A stretch of 64,000 nucleotides of DNA from an uncultured Gemmatimonadales bacterium (GCA_963793305.1 CAWBZV010000003.1:256001-320000); one strand, 5' to 3'; positions 49,468-60,362 are shown, numbered from the stretch's first letter. The notes: generated by a model from the sequence alone, not told the origin. Numbers and translations: made by a program.

Positions 49468-50447
49468 GGCATGCCTATCGCGATGTGCAGCTGTACGCCA
49501 ACGATCGACCGCCGTGCGCGATCGATCTCAGCGACAACACCAACCTGTGGGGCATGCCACCCGCTGCATCAGCCGCCGCCGCGGCTGCTGCGGGTAGCGC
49601 GACGCGCTATCCAGGCGTCTACGCGCGGGAGCTCAAAGCCGCGCTGGCCGCGTACCTCGGGGTTACGCCCGACATGATCGTCACCGGCTGCGGCTCGGAC
49701 GACGTGCTCGACTCGGCGTTCCGTGCGCTGGCCGAGCCAGGGGAACGGGTCGCGCATCCGGTGCCGACTTTTCCCATGGCGGGCACGTTTGCTCGCATGA
49801 ACGCGCTCGTTCCGGTACCGGTCTCCATGACTAGTTGGGACATCGATCCCGCGGCGTTACTCGCAACACACGCGCGCGTCACGTACCTCTGCTCGCCGAA
49901 CAATCCGAACGGTCGTTCATTATCGCGGGGCGCGGTCGAGGCTATCGTGTTTGAGTCACCGGGATACGTCATCATCGACGAGGCCTACGCCGAGTTCGCG
50001 GACCGGTCGGATGTCGACCTCCTCGCGCGGTCTGATCGCTTGGTCATCACGCGAACGCTCTCCAAGGCGTTCGGACTCGCCGGGCTGCGCATCGGGTACG
50101 CGGTCGGTGCGCCAGCGGTCATCGCCGAGATCGAGAAATCGCGCGGCCCCTACAAGGTCAACCGCGTCGCGGAATGCGCGGCCATCGCGGCATTGACTGA
50201 CGATCGGGCTTGGGTCGCCGAGCGCATCGGGCTCGTCCGCCAGAATCGCGAGCGATTTCGGCGCGATATCGCGGCGCTGGAGACTGACGCGAATTTTGTG
50301 TTCGTGCCGGCGTCGAACGCGGGCGAGATCGCGCGGCGATTGCGCGAGGGTGGCATCGCGGTGCGAGCGTTCGACGACGGGTACCGGGTGACCATCGGGC
50401 CGTGGGATCTCATGCAGGCATGCATCGATGCGATTGGCCGTCTTTGA
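49464..50447 (+). CDS. hisC: histidinol-phosphate aminotransferase
   Basis: CSPNNPNG, IDEAYAEF and RTLSKAFGLAGLRIGY motifs. Confidence 0.93.
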   Translation: MRHAYRDVQLYANDRPPCAIDLSDNTNLWGMPPAASAAAAAAAGSATRYPGVYARELKAALAAYLGVTPDMIVTGCGSDDVLDSAFRALAEPGERVAHPVPTFPMAGTFARMNALVPVPVSMTSWDIDPAALLATHARVTYLCSPNNPNGRSLSRGAVEAIVFESPGYVIIDEAYAEFADRSDVDLLARSDRLVITRTLSKAFGLAGLRIGYAVGAPAVIAEIEKSRGPYKVNRVAECAAIAALTDDRAWVAERIGLVRQNRERFRRDIAALETDANFVFVPASNAGEIARRLREGGIAVRAFDDGYRVTIGPWDLMQACIDAIGRL

Positions 50448-51010
50448 TTACGGTGCGGGCAACCTGCACTCCCTCGGCAAGGCACTCTGCGCGCCTGGCA
50501 TTGACGTCTCCATCGAGACCGACCCGGCGGCGCTGCTCTCGGCCGACTGCATCGTGCTGCCCGGTGTCGGCGCATTCGGCACGGCCGCTTCGCGGCTCGC
50601 GCCCGCCCGCGCGGCCCTCGCCACGGCGCTCGACGCCGGCTTGCCGTGTCTCGGCATCTCGTCTCGGTATGCAGCTGCTGTTCGATACGAGCGACGAGAG
50701 CCCCGGCTCGCTCGGGTTGGGCGTCATCGCCGGCCGCGTCACGCGGCTCCGGGCTTCATGCGTGCCGCATATGGGCTGGAACACCGTGAGTGGCTTCGGC
50801 GTCGCCTATTTCGCCCATAGCTACGCGTGCCGCCCCACGGATGAATCAGTCGTCACCGCCTGGACGATCGAGGACGGCGACCGGTTCCCCTCGGCCGTCC
50901 GATGGCGTAACGTCGTGGGTGTGCAATTCCACCCCGAGAAGAGCTCAGCCCCAGGCGTGCGCTTTATTCGTGAGTTCCTAAGAGCGGTCCCCCCGAGGGG
51001 CTCCCTATGA
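50428..51010 (+). CDS. hisH: imidazole glycerol phosphate synthase glutaminase subunit (one +1 frameshift at ~50660)
   Basis: DYGAGNL and LPGVGAF; repaired GICLGMQ; PHMGWN and QFHPEKS. Confidence 0.92.
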
Positions 51011-51720
51011 TCGTGATCCCAGCCGTCGACCTGCGCGCCGGCGCGTGTGTTCAGCTCGTCGGCGGCTCGTACGATGATGAGCGCGTGCGACTCGGCGATC
51101 CGGGCGCCGTAGCCAGAGGGTGGGAAGAGCTGGGGTTCCACCATCTGCATGTGGTGGACCTCGATGCAGCCACGGGCCGGGGCTCGAATGTCGGACTCGT
51201 GCGCGAGATCCTGACGGCGTCCGACGCCGAAATCCAGGTCGGCGGCGGCGTACGGGAGTTCGACCGGATCGAAGAGCTGCTGACGGACGGCGCCCGGCGC
51301 GTGATCGTCGGTACGCGAGCGCTGGAAGATGCCGAGTGGCTCGACGAAATGACGTCGCGGTTCCCGGATGAGCTGGTCGTGGCCGCCGATGTCTTCGACC
51401 GCCGTGTGGTCACGCGCGGATGGAGTCGATCGCTCCCGGTCGACGTGCTCGATGCGATCGACGAGTTGAACGCACTGCCGCTCGCGGGACTGCTCGTGAC
51501 TGCCGTGCACCGCGAAGGCCAAATGCGCGGCGCGGACCTGCCCCTCATGGAGGATGTGGCCGAGGCGGCTGTGTTCCCCGTCTACGCAGCCGGCGGAATC
51601 GCGACCTTGGCCGATGTCCGCGCGCTCGCCGATCGCGGCGTAGCGGCCGCGATCATCGGCATGGCCCTGTACACCGGCGCCATCGACCCCCGCGCCGCGG
51701 CCTCGGAGTTCGGCGAATGA
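51007..51720 (+). CDS. hisA: ProFAR isomerase
   Basis: IPAVDL, HVVDLDAA and QVGGGVR motifs. Confidence 0.93.
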   Translation: MIVIPAVDLRAGACVQLVGGSYDDERVRLGDPGAVARGWEELGFHHLHVVDLDAATGRGSNVGLVREILTASDAEIQVGGGVREFDRIEELLTDGARRVIVGTRALEDAEWLDEMTSRFPDELVVAADVFDRRVVTRGWSRSLPVDVLDAIDELNALPLAGLLVTAVHREGQMRGADLPLMEDVAEAAVFPVYAAGGIATLADVRALADRGVAAAIIGMALYTGAIDPRAAASEFGE

Positions 51721-52241
51721 CTCTCGTCACGCGCGAAACCAAGGAAACGCGGATCCAGGTGCGGATCGAGCCCGCGAAAGACCCGACGGCCCCCGAGACC
51801 AGCATCGTCACCGGCGAGCCGTTCCTGGATCACATGCTGACGACGTTCGCGCACTATGCGGCGCTCGACCTCCACGTCACGGCCGCCGGCGACCTCCGCC
51901 ACCATCTGATCGAGGACGTCGCGATCGCCCTCGGCCAGTCGATCGCGCTGCTCGCTCCAGCGGGCGCGGCGCGGTACGGCGATCGGACCATCCCCATGGA
52001 CGACGCGCTCGTGCAGGTCGCGCTCGACATCGGCGGACGACCGTTCTATCGCGGCAAGTTGCCGAGCGGGCTGTACAACCACTGGATGCGATCGTTCGCC
52101 ACGAACGCGCGCACGACGCTGCACGTGCGCGTGCTCCGGGGACATGACCGGCACCACATCGTCGAGGCCGCGTTCAAGGCGCTCGGGCTGGCGCTGCGCC
52201 AAGCGCTCGTCGACACTGGCGCGGTTATGAGCACGAAATGA
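51717..52241 (+). CDS. hisB: imidazoleglycerol-phosphate dehydratase
   Basis: RETKET, FLDHML, HHLIED, PMDDAL and HHIVEAAFKA motifs. Confidence 0.93.
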   Translation: MTLVTRETKETRIQVRIEPAKDPTAPETSIVTGEPFLDHMLTTFAHYAALDLHVTAAGDLRHHLIEDVAIALGQSIALLAPAGAARYGDRTIPMDDALVQVALDIGGRPFYRGKLPSGLYNHWMRSFATNARTTLHVRVLRGHDRHHIVEAAFKALGLALRQALVDTGAVMSTK

Positions 52242-52972
52242 TGCGGCGCATTGTGGTCTGCCTCGACGTCGACGGCGGACGAGTCGTGAAAGGCGTGCGA
52301 TTTCAGTCGCTGCGCGATGTCGGCGATCCGGCCGAGCTCGCCGAGCGTTACGAAGCGCAAGGGGCTGACGAGATCGTGTTTCTCGACATCTCGGCCAGCG
52401 CCGAGGGGCGAGCGACGTTGCTCGACACGGCTCGGCGAACCGCCGAACGGCTGTTCGTGCCACTGACCATCGGCGGCGGGATCCGCTCGGTCGACGATAT
52501 CGCACGGACACTCCGCGCTGGCGCCGACAAAGTCAGCATCAACTCGGCCGCCGTCGCGCGTCCAACTCTCCTGACCGAGGCGGCCGAGCAATTTGGCTCG
52601 CAATGCGTCGTGGCCAGTATCGACGCAAAAGATGGCCAGGTATACACGCACGGCGGTCGCACGCCGACAACGCTGGACGCTATCGAGTGGGCTCGAACGT
52701 GTGTCGAACACGGCGCAGGAGAAATCTTGTTGACCAGCATCGAGCGTGATGGCTCGCGCGAGGGATACGACCTGGAGCTCACTCGCGCCGTCGCCGAGGC
52801 GGTGAGCGTGCCGGTCGTCGCGTCTGGCGGAGCCGGCAGTCCTCAGCATATCGCCGACGTACTACACGACGCCGACGCGGCCCTCGTCGCCGGGATTGTG
52901 CACGATGGCATCACCACGGTCGGCGAGATCAAGGCCGCCGTCACGCGCGCGGGGATCCCATGCCGCCTGTGA
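52238..52972 (+). CDS. hisF: imidazole glycerol phosphate synthase cyclase subunit
   Basis: CLDV..GRVVKG, GADKVSINSAA and GAGEILLTS motifs. Confidence 0.95.
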   Translation: MMRRIVVCLDVDGGRVVKGVRFQSLRDVGDPAELAERYEAQGADEIVFLDISASAEGRATLLDTARRTAERLFVPLTIGGGIRSVDDIARTLRAGADKVSINSAAVARPTLLTEAAEQFGSQCVVASIDAKDGQVYTHGGRTPTTLDAIEWARTCVEHGAGEILLTSIERDGSREGYDLELTRAVAEAVSVPVVASGGAGSPQHIADVLHDADAALVAGIVHDGITTVGEIKAAVTRAGIPCRL

Positions 52973-53730
52973 GTCTGTTGCACGCGGTGATCGAGCTCGC
53001 CCAGGTCGTGGGCGACACCGCCATGGAATACTTCGGCTACCCCAAGCTCGTCGTCGAAACGAAGAACGACGGATCCCCGGTGACCGTCGCCGATCGAGCG
53101 GCCGAGGCGCGCGCCCGCGAGTGGCTCGCGCAGAAATTCCCGAAGGACGGGATCGTCGGCGAGGAGCTCGGCACGGAACGCCCTGATGCTCCGCGGCGGT
53201 GGATCATCGATCCGATCGACGGCACAAAATCCTTCGTTCGCGGCGTCCCGTTATGGGCGACCCTCGTCGCGCTCGTCGAGGGCGACACCGTCTTGGCCGG
53301 CGCCGTCAACTGTGCCGCCGCGGGCGAGATGGTCGGCGCCGCGGTCGGCGAAGGCGCCTGGTGGAACGGCTCGCGTTGCTCGGTCTCGAAGATCGACGCG
53401 ATCGAGAAAGCGACCGTACTGACAAGCGACGATCGGTTCCACAGGCGCCCCGACCGCCGCGCGCGATGGGATGCGCTCGCCGATGCGGCAAAAGTCGCGC
53501 GAACGTGGGGCGATGGCTTCGGCTATGTCATGGTCGCGACCGGGCGCGCTGAGATCATGGTCGACGAGGCGTTCGCCATCTGGGACGCAGCGGCTCCGTA
53601 CATCATCGTGACGGAAGCCGGCGGCCTCTTCACGACATGGAACGGCCAAGCCACGTTCGGCGGCGGCGATGGGATCGCGACGAACATGGCGATCGCACCC
53701 GCCGCGCGTGCGGCGTTATTCGACCGATGA
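52960..53730 (+). CDS. hisN: histidinol-phosphatase (inositol monophosphatase family)
   Basis: GEE, DPIDGTKSF and WDAAA motifs; located inside the his operon. Confidence 0.88.
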   Translation: MPPVSLLHAVIELAQVVGDTAMEYFGYPKLVVETKNDGSPVTVADRAAEARAREWLAQKFPKDGIVGEELGTERPDAPRRWIIDPIDGTKSFVRGVPLWATLVALVEGDTVLAGAVNCAAAGEMVGAAVGEGAWWNGSRCSVSKIDAIEKATVLTSDDRFHRRPDRRARWDALADAAKVARTWGDGFGYVMVATGRAEIMVDEAFAIWDAAAPYIIVTEAGGLFTTWNGQATFGGGDGIATNMAIAPAARAALFDR

Positions 53731-54284
53731 TCACCGTCATCGCACAAGACGCGACCACTGGTCGCGTGCTCATGGTCGCGGGCGCAGAACCGGACGCCAT
53801 CGAGCTCACCAAGACCACGGGCGAGATGCACTACACGTCTCGTACTCGCGGCCTGTGGCACAAGGGCGCCACGAGCGGCAACCGCCAGCGCGTCGTCTCG
53901 CTGACGCCGGATTGCGACGGCGATGCGCAGCTCGCGCTCGTCGAGCCGCTCGGTCCCGCCTGTCACACCGGCGCGGTCTCATGCTTCGACGCGCCGCCGC
54001 ATGACGCGCTCTCGCAACTCGATGCGACGATCGCGAATCGCGCCACGGAGGGAGCGGAGACGAGTTACACACGTCGATTACTCGTTGATCGCAATCTGCG
54101 ACTCAAGAAGCTCGGCGAGGAAGCCGCCGAGCTAGCGGTTGCCTGCGCGGACAACGACGCCGAGCGCGCCGTCGAAGAGGCCGCCGATCTACTCTATCAC
54201 TCGCTTGTCGCGCTGCGGGCGCTCGGCGTGGGACTCGACGACGTCCGGCGAGTTATTGCGCAACGACGACGTACGGCGCGGTGA
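53727..54284 (+). CDS. hisIE: bifunctional phosphoribosyl-AMP cyclohydrolase / phosphoribosyl-ATP diphosphatase
   Basis: LWHKGATSG, DCDGD, ACHTG..SCF, KKLGEEA and EAADLLYH motifs. Confidence 0.93.
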   Translation: MITVIAQDATTGRVLMVAGAEPDAIELTKTTGEMHYTSRTRGLWHKGATSGNRQRVVSLTPDCDGDAQLALVEPLGPACHTGAVSCFDAPPHDALSQLDATIANRATEGAETSYTRRLLVDRNLRLKKLGEEAAELAVACADNDAERAVEEAADLLYHSLVALRALGVGLDDVRRVIAQRRRTAR

Positions 54285-55635
54285 GCACGCGACCGCCACG
54301 CTTGACCTGCACCCAGACATAGTACCGCCCCGCTTTGGGGAAGGCGTACGGGAACGACACCGTGTCCCCCATCGCACCCATAGGCATTGGCTGTCCTCTC
54401 GCCAATACCATTTGCGCCGCCGTCGAGATGGTGCCCATGGGATGCAGATGAATAAACACGCTCCCATCGTCGCGCACGACTACCGCGTGACCAGCCATGC
54501 CCATGTACGGCTGGATGCCCGACACCACGAACCGGAGACCTGCAGGGGCGCCGACTTTTACGGTGTCGGAACCGAGCTTAAGAATGGCTGAGCCGCCAGC
54601 CCCAGAGAACGCGTCGTCTGAATCACTCGGTATATAGGGTGACGGAGAGTCGGTGAGATCGACCGTCGTGACGAGCGTATGGTCGAACCCACTCTCATGC
54701 ACGATATCCGCGAACACCCGATAGCGACCCTTGGGTAGCGGTGGGATGGTCGCGCGAAACGTGTCCGTGTCGGTGGTCGCCGGATGCAGGTGCGCAAACG
54801 CGAACCCCGAGTCGGCGACGAGGAAGAGGTGCATGAGCTTCCCGTGGTCGGGAATGAGCGCCGGCCACTGGGCCCGCCCTCGCGCATTGACATGAGAGGA
54901 ATCATGCCGCTCGAGCCACGCACTATCGGTGATCGCGAACGTCAGCTGCCCGGGCTGCCCCTCGGATGCTCGTACCGTGAACGGCCGATACATCCGCTGT
55001 TGAAACTCGGCGTCGGTAGCGTTCCACCACGTCCACCCGCCGAACAGCATGACGGCAACGAACACACCGGTGCCGGCCATCGCCAGCCGCGCGCGGCGCC
55101 GGTGCGTCGCATCGGGCGCCTGCCCTGGCTCCAGCGTCGCCTCTCGCACAGCGGCGCCGCCGATTGACACGGCGCCGACAAAGAGGAAGATGCCGATGGC
55201 GCCGAGGATGACGCCGAGCCACCGGTAGAGCGGCAGGCGGCGCGTGGCGACGGCGACGACTGGGACGACGGCGGTGCCGGTGCCCTTGCTACCGTGAACG
55301 CCCACGGTGACGCTGTTGGACCCGCCGGCCATCACCCACAGCTTCCCGACGAAAGTCGCCGAGTCTCCGACTGCACGCGCAGCGTCTTCTGGCGGCGGCG
55401 CGGCAGTCGTGGCGTCGTAGCGATTGACGAAGAGCGTCACCCGATCCGGCGCGGCCCCCGTGACGTGCACGGTAACCTCGGCCACGCCCGGCACGACGCC
55501 GGGAAGGCGCACGATGACGAGGACGGGGTACGGCCCCGCGTTCCCCTCGTAGTAGACGTCCGGGCTCCCGACGTGCGCCGAGCACACGAGCACCGCCAGC
55601 GCTAAGCCGGCGGCGCGGCCGATCCGCGCGATCAT
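54253..55635 (-). CDS. membrane-anchored His-rich putative metal-binding protein
   Basis: Signal peptide ending AHVGSP; two TM helices; DHGKLMHLF..AHLHP and MAGHAVV..IHLHPMG repeats. Confidence 0.7.
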   Translation of the reverse strand: MIARIGRAAGLALAVLVCSAHVGSPDVYYEGNAGPYPVLVIVRLPGVVPGVAEVTVHVTGAAPDRVTLFVNRYDATTAAPPPEDAARAVGDSATFVGKLWVMAGGSNSVTVGVHGSKGTGTAVVPVVAVATRRLPLYRWLGVILGAIGIFLFVGAVSIGGAAVREATLEPGQAPDATHRRRARLAMAGTGVFVAVMLFGGWTWWNATDAEFQQRMYRPFTVRASEGQPGQLTFAITDSAWLERHDSSHVNARGRAQWPALIPDHGKLMHLFLVADSGFAFAHLHPATTDTDTFRATIPPLPKGRYRVFADIVHESGFDHTLVTTVDLTDSPSPYIPSDSDDAFSGAGGSAILKLGSDTVKVGAPAGLRFVVSGIQPYMGMAGHAVVVRDDGSVFIHLHPMGTISTAAQMVLARGQPMPMGAMGDTVSFPYAFPKAGRYYVWVQVKRGGRVLTAPYVVVAQ

Positions 55636-56834
55636 CGGCGAAGCCGCGCCATCCCTTCGCCCCACCACAGCCCTAAGCGGGCCGAGATGATAGCGAATAC
55701 GGTCGCGTATCCCAGGCCGCGCAGGATGTCGCCCGAGGGAGCGCCCCGACGGTGCGACTCCCAGTACTGGTACCGCCAGGGGCCGAGCCGGGAGGTATAG
55801 TCCCACTGGTCAACGGCGAACACGGGATTACGCGCGGCCGGCGACAGCAGGAACTCCGACCAGAACCAGTGCACGACAAGCATGAGCGCGACGAACGCTG
55901 CACCGAGCGCAACGGCCAATAGCCAATCGTTGACCGACCGGTACCGGCGCAGCAAGAGATCGATGGCGATCGCCGGCACCACCAGAATCAGTGGAAAGAA
56001 CGGCGGCACCATGTGGGTCACGGGATTGTAGATGGGCGCGAGCTTGGGCGTCGCCGGAACTGCCTCGAGCGTCCACATCATGACCAGCACAAGGACCATG
56101 TAGATCGCGGCGGTCGTGGTCGCCGGCCACCGGAGCTTTCCGGCGCGCCCGAAGGCGACGAGGAACACCGGCAGGACTGCGCCAGTGACCTCATAGAACA
56201 TCGCCGAGTGCATGTGGTTCGGCGCGGACGCGTACTCCATGATCGCCGTCGCGGCCATCGTCACGATGAGCCCACCCGACGCCGCATACACCAGCGCATA
56301 CGGCCTCGCCTCGGCCTCGGTCGCCCGGTTCTGCGCGGCGACAGCCATGAGAATGGCGCCCGCCTGGATCGCGACCATGCCCCACAAGAGCACCATGTGG
56401 GGCGGGCTCACGATCTGGACATCGAGGCCGTAGGCGTTGTGCCACCAGTCGTCGAATGGGGCCGAGGTGATCATGAGGAGCGTGCCCCAGATGCACACCC
56501 AGGCACCGAGAGGGCCGCTGAACCCCCAGAACTTCACGGTCGACGCCTTTTCGGCAGGCGTCCCAAAGAATGTCGTCTTGAGGACCAGCCAACCGCAGGT
56601 AAGCCCGGTGAGTGACGCGCCGAGCTGCTCCTCTAGATGGGGCAGGGTCCAGAACGTGTCCCGGCCGACCGTCCGGTGCCACGAGATGTCCCAGATGAGA
56701 CCCGTGACGATGAACGCCGAAGACAGCATCACAGCGGCCAACGTAATGGTCAGATCGGAGATAGCCGGTCTCGCCGCTTCGCGGCTCGCCGATGCTCCGG
56801 GCAGTACCGTGCCTTGGGTTACATGCGTGGTCAT
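55632..56834 (-). CDS. polytopic membrane protein with two DxxWH...PH motifs
   Basis: WDISWHRTVGRDTFWTLPH and FDDWWHNAYGLDVQIVSPPH. Confidence 0.75.
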   Translation of the reverse strand: MTTHVTQGTVLPGASASREAARPAISDLTITLAAVMLSSAFIVTGLIWDISWHRTVGRDTFWTLPHLEEQLGASLTGLTCGWLVLKTTFFGTPAEKASTVKFWGFSGPLGAWVCIWGTLLMITSAPFDDWWHNAYGLDVQIVSPPHMVLLWGMVAIQAGAILMAVAAQNRATEAEARPYALVYAASGGLIVTMAATAIMEYASAPNHMHSAMFYEVTGAVLPVFLVAFGRAGKLRWPATTTAAIYMVLVLVMMWTLEAVPATPKLAPIYNPVTHMVPPFFPLILVVPAIAIDLLLRRYRSVNDWLLAVALGAAFVALMLVVHWFWSEFLLSPAARNPVFAVDQWDYTSRLGPWRYQYWESHRRGAPSGDILRGLGYATVFAIISARLGLWWGEGMARLRR

Positions 56835-56882
56835 GCGTTCAAACGTTGCGCGAGTTGGCCTTGGTCCGCCAGACTCATACGC

Positions 56883-57770
56883 ATGCTGGTGCGTAATGTT
56901 TCCGACACGGCGCGCTGGGTGGCGATGTACCGGGCAATGGAGACCGATCGCCCGGACGCTTTATTCCGGGATCCGTTCGCCCGCCGGCTCGCCGGCGACC
57001 GCGGGGCCGAGATCCTCGAGCAGATGCCACGGGGCAAGGCCACCGCCTGGCCGATGATCGTGCGCACGGCGGTCTTCGACGAGCTGATCCTTCGGGCGAT
57101 CTCGCGCGACGGCGTCGACACTATTCTCAATCTCGCGGCCGGGCTCGACGTGCGGCCGTATCGTCTGGCGCTGCCGCCGACGCTCCGCTGGATCAACGTC
57201 GACCTCCCGGAGATCCTGGCCTACAAGCAGGAGATCATGGCCAACGAGCGCCCGTCCTGCAAACTGGAGACGGTGGCTCTCGACCTGGTCGACATCCCCG
57301 CGCGGCGGGCGTTGTTCGACAGGATCAACAACGAAGGCCGGCACGTGATGGTCGTGTCCGAGGGACTGCTCGTCTACTTGGCTCCCGGAGATGTCCGGGC
57401 GCTGGCGATCGATCTCCGCTCGGAGCGGACGTTCGAATGGTGGCTCTTCGACCTGGCCTCGGTCGGCGTCATCGAGTACGCCCAGAAGAGCTGGCAGAAG
57501 TCGATGGGTGGCGGCACCGTCATGCAGTTCGCGCCGCGCGAAGGCACGCAGTTCTTCACGTCGCTCGGCTGGTGGCTCTCCGAGTTTCGGCTGACCATGA
57601 AAGAAGCACGGCGGTTGCATCGCGAGATGCCGCTGGCGTGGCTCTTTCGCCCGCTCATGGCCCTGGAGCTGCGAAAGCCGCAGGAAAAGTCGAAGTGGCG
57701 GACCGGGGCGGTTCTCCTTCAGAATCCCGTCACGGCCGTCCGCGAGAGTCGCGTCGTATCGCCGACGTAG
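56883..57770 (+). CDS. SAM-dependent methyltransferase (LCM-like family)
   Basis: FRDPFA, NLAAGLDVR, VDLP and SEGLLVYL motifs. Confidence 0.88.
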   Translation: MLVRNVSDTARWVAMYRAMETDRPDALFRDPFARRLAGDRGAEILEQMPRGKATAWPMIVRTAVFDELILRAISRDGVDTILNLAAGLDVRPYRLALPPTLRWINVDLPEILAYKQEIMANERPSCKLETVALDLVDIPARRALFDRINNEGRHVMVVSEGLLVYLAPGDVRALAIDLRSERTFEWWLFDLASVGVIEYAQKSWQKSMGGGTVMQFAPREGTQFFTSLGWWLSEFRLTMKEARRLHREMPLAWLFRPLMALELRKPQEKSKWRTGAVLLQNPVTAVRESRVVSPT

Positions 57771-58986
57771 GCGAACGCAATGTCGTGCATGTACTTCTGC
57801 GTCACGCGCCGCACGTCCTGCGGGGTGACTTTTCTCAATTCGGCGACGAACCTCTCTCCAGCCCGATAGTCGCCCCGATATAGCTCGGCCCGCGCCAAGA
57901 AATTTGCCTGGTCCGCGTTGGTCTCGTTGTCCAGGAAATACTCGGTGATGAACTGCTGCACGAGGCGCTGCAGCGCATCGGGATCAACCAGGGCATGGCC
58001 GAGATGCGACACCTCGGTTCGCATGATCGCGAGCACCGTGTCCGGCGAACCCGTGGTCACATACAGCCCGCCACCAGCCAAGGCACGCTCCACGAACGGC
58101 GCATTGACCGCGTATGACAGGTTGCGCTGATCGCGAACCTCGGAGAACAAGCGGCCGGAGAGCACGGCTGTCGCGACACGCAGCGCCTGATAGTCCGGAC
58201 TCGTCGCCGGAGGGCCCTCGTAATAGCCGAGGATGTAATTTGTCGGCAGATCACGGACGACCGTGACCAATGACGCCGGGTGCGGCATCGGTGGATCGGG
58301 CAGCGTCCACTTGTACGTGCCCATCGGCAAGTTGGCGAGGGTTCGCGCGATAAGGCGCTCGACCCGGGAACGTTCCACATCGCCGACAACGACGATCAGC
58401 ATCCGCGACCTGACCATCTGCGTCGCCTGAAACTGCGTTAATTGCCGCTTGTTGAGCGACGCGATCGACTTCTCGCTTCCGCCGATCGCTCGCGCGTACG
58501 GGTGCCCAGCGTACGCGGCACTGTCAGCCAGGTACTCGACGAGATCGTCGGGGCTATCTCGCCGCTGCTTCACGGTCGAGAGATACTCCTGCCGCACCAT
58601 GTCGATGTCCGCCGCGTCGATCGTCGGATACATGAGCCGATCCGCGAGCACGACGAACGTCGAGTCGAACGTCTCCGGCGTCGCCCGGACCCCGATCGAA
58701 TGTCCAATCGAACGTCGGGTCGACGACAATCGAACGTCCCGAGCCGCGCCATGACGTGGCGCATAACCGTCCGCGGGAAATGCTTCGTCCCACGCTCGGA
58801 GACATCGAGAAGGAACGGCTCGATGCCCGCTGTCTCATCGGTCTCCTCTCGGGTTCCACCGAGAAGGTACACATCGGCAGTCGCGATTCCCGCCGACGTC
58901 GAGTGTCGCAGGATCACCGGTATGCCCGACGCCACAAACTTCGTGGTCGTCGAGTCGATCGCGAGTGCCAAAAGAAGATGGATCAT
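57719..58986 (-). CDS. M16 peptidase, non-catalytic subunit (two +1 frameshifts near 58700 and 58735)
   Basis: GHPYA and SGRLFSEVRDQRNLSY motifs; no HxxEH. Confidence 0.85.
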
Positions 58987-60362
58987 TGGCTCGGCCGGAG
59001 ATCGGCGTCAGTGAGATGTATGGACTGCCGATCTTGCGGTGAGATCAGCACGCCGATGACGTGGGGTTTCGCGACGATGTACTTGCGAGTGTAATCGGCC
59101 AAGTCGCCCGTCGTACGCGCCGCCATGTTGTCCACATATCCCATGTAATAGTCGAGACTCGCGACAGACCACCAAAACCCGATGACGTGCGTGTACCCTG
59201 ATGTCCGCTCGCGGCCGAACGCCGATGACACCGTGCGCTGAGCCTTGATCTCCGTGAGCTCCTCGTTCGTCACGTACCCGGGGTCTGTAAAATGCGAGAT
59301 CTCGTCCTCGAGCGCGACCAACGCGGGACGCAGTTTCTCGGCTGTGGTTTGACCACTGATGGTAATCGGCCCAACGTGATTCAGCGTGTAATAATTGACG
59401 AGAATCCCGCGATCGACCGAGATCGCTTCCCACAACCCGCTCTCGATGAGCCGCTTTTGTAGCCGTGACCCTGGCTGATTCATGACGTCGGAGAAGACAT
59501 CCGCCGCGTAGGTAGCATTCGGGTCGGCGCCCACACTCGGCCCCTGCCATTGCAGCAACACGGTCACCGCCGAGACCGGCGCTTCCGAGATCACCGCCTG
59601 ATTGCCACTGAGAGGAGGAATGGGCGGGATAGGATCGGCGAGAAACGGATCTGCCCCACGCTGCCATCCGTGGAAGACGCTATCCGCCAGCGCGAGGACC
59701 CGTGATGGCGTGACGTCACCCGTGATCAGGAGCGCGGAATTGTTGGGGATGTAGTAGCGCCGCTGTATCTCGCGCATCTGGTCCGGCGTCACGTTGCGGA
59801 CCACATCGCGATCGCCGATCACGTTCTTTCGGCTGAAGTTGTCAGGATAGAGCTTCTTCGCCATGGCCTGGTCGAGGCCAAAGAACGGACTGGCCTCCTG
59901 CCGATCGTACTCGCCGAGCACGACTTCTTTCTCGCGCGCGAGCTCCTCGCTGCGGAACAAGGGCGCTTCGACCGCGGCCGCCATGAGCCGCATGCCCGCC
60001 GCGAGGCTGTCCGAGGGAAGCGTGAGATAATAGTTGACCCGCTCCTCGGTCGTCGTCCCATTGAATACCGCACCCAACTCGGCCGCGCGATCCACGAACG
60101 CGCCCGGATCCGGGTACGTCGCGTCCGCCTTGAAGAACATGTGCTCGTACATGTGCGCCAGCCCCGCGTACGGCGGCGTCTGCGTGAACGATCCGTTGCG
60201 CACATCGATTTCGACCGTCGCTAGCGGGACGCCATGGTTCTCGACCACGATCACTTCGAGACCGTTGTCCAGCACGCGCCGTTGGATCGTCTTCTCCAGC
60301 TCTGCACGCTGCGCGCCGAGTGGCGCGGCGAGGAATGCCAACAACAATATTCTTCTTCGCAT
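58983..60362 (-). CDS. M16 (pitrilysin) zinc peptidase, catalytic subunit
   Basis: GLAHMYEHMFF (HxxEH); signal peptide. Confidence 0.92.
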   Translation of the reverse strand: MRRRILLLAFLAAPLGAQRAELEKTIQRRVLDNGLEVIVVENHGVPLATVEIDVRNGSFTQTPPYAGLAHMYEHMFFKADATYPDPGAFVDRAAELGAVFNGTTTEERVNYYLTLPSDSLAAGMRLMAAAVEAPLFRSEELAREKEVVLGEYDRQEASPFFGLDQAMAKKLYPDNFSRKNVIGDRDVVRNVTPDQMREIQRRYYIPNNSALLITGDVTPSRVLALADSVFHGWQRGADPFLADPIPPIPPLSGNQAVISEAPVSAVTVLLQWQGPSVGADPNATYAADVFSDVMNQPGSRLQKRLIESGLWEAISVDRGILVNYYTLNHVGPITISGQTTAEKLRPALVALEDEISHFTDPGYVTNEELTEIKAQRTVSSAFGRERTSGYTHVIGFWWSVASLDYYMGYVDNMAARTTGDLADYTRKYIVAKPHVIGVLISPQDRQSIHLTDADLRPSQ

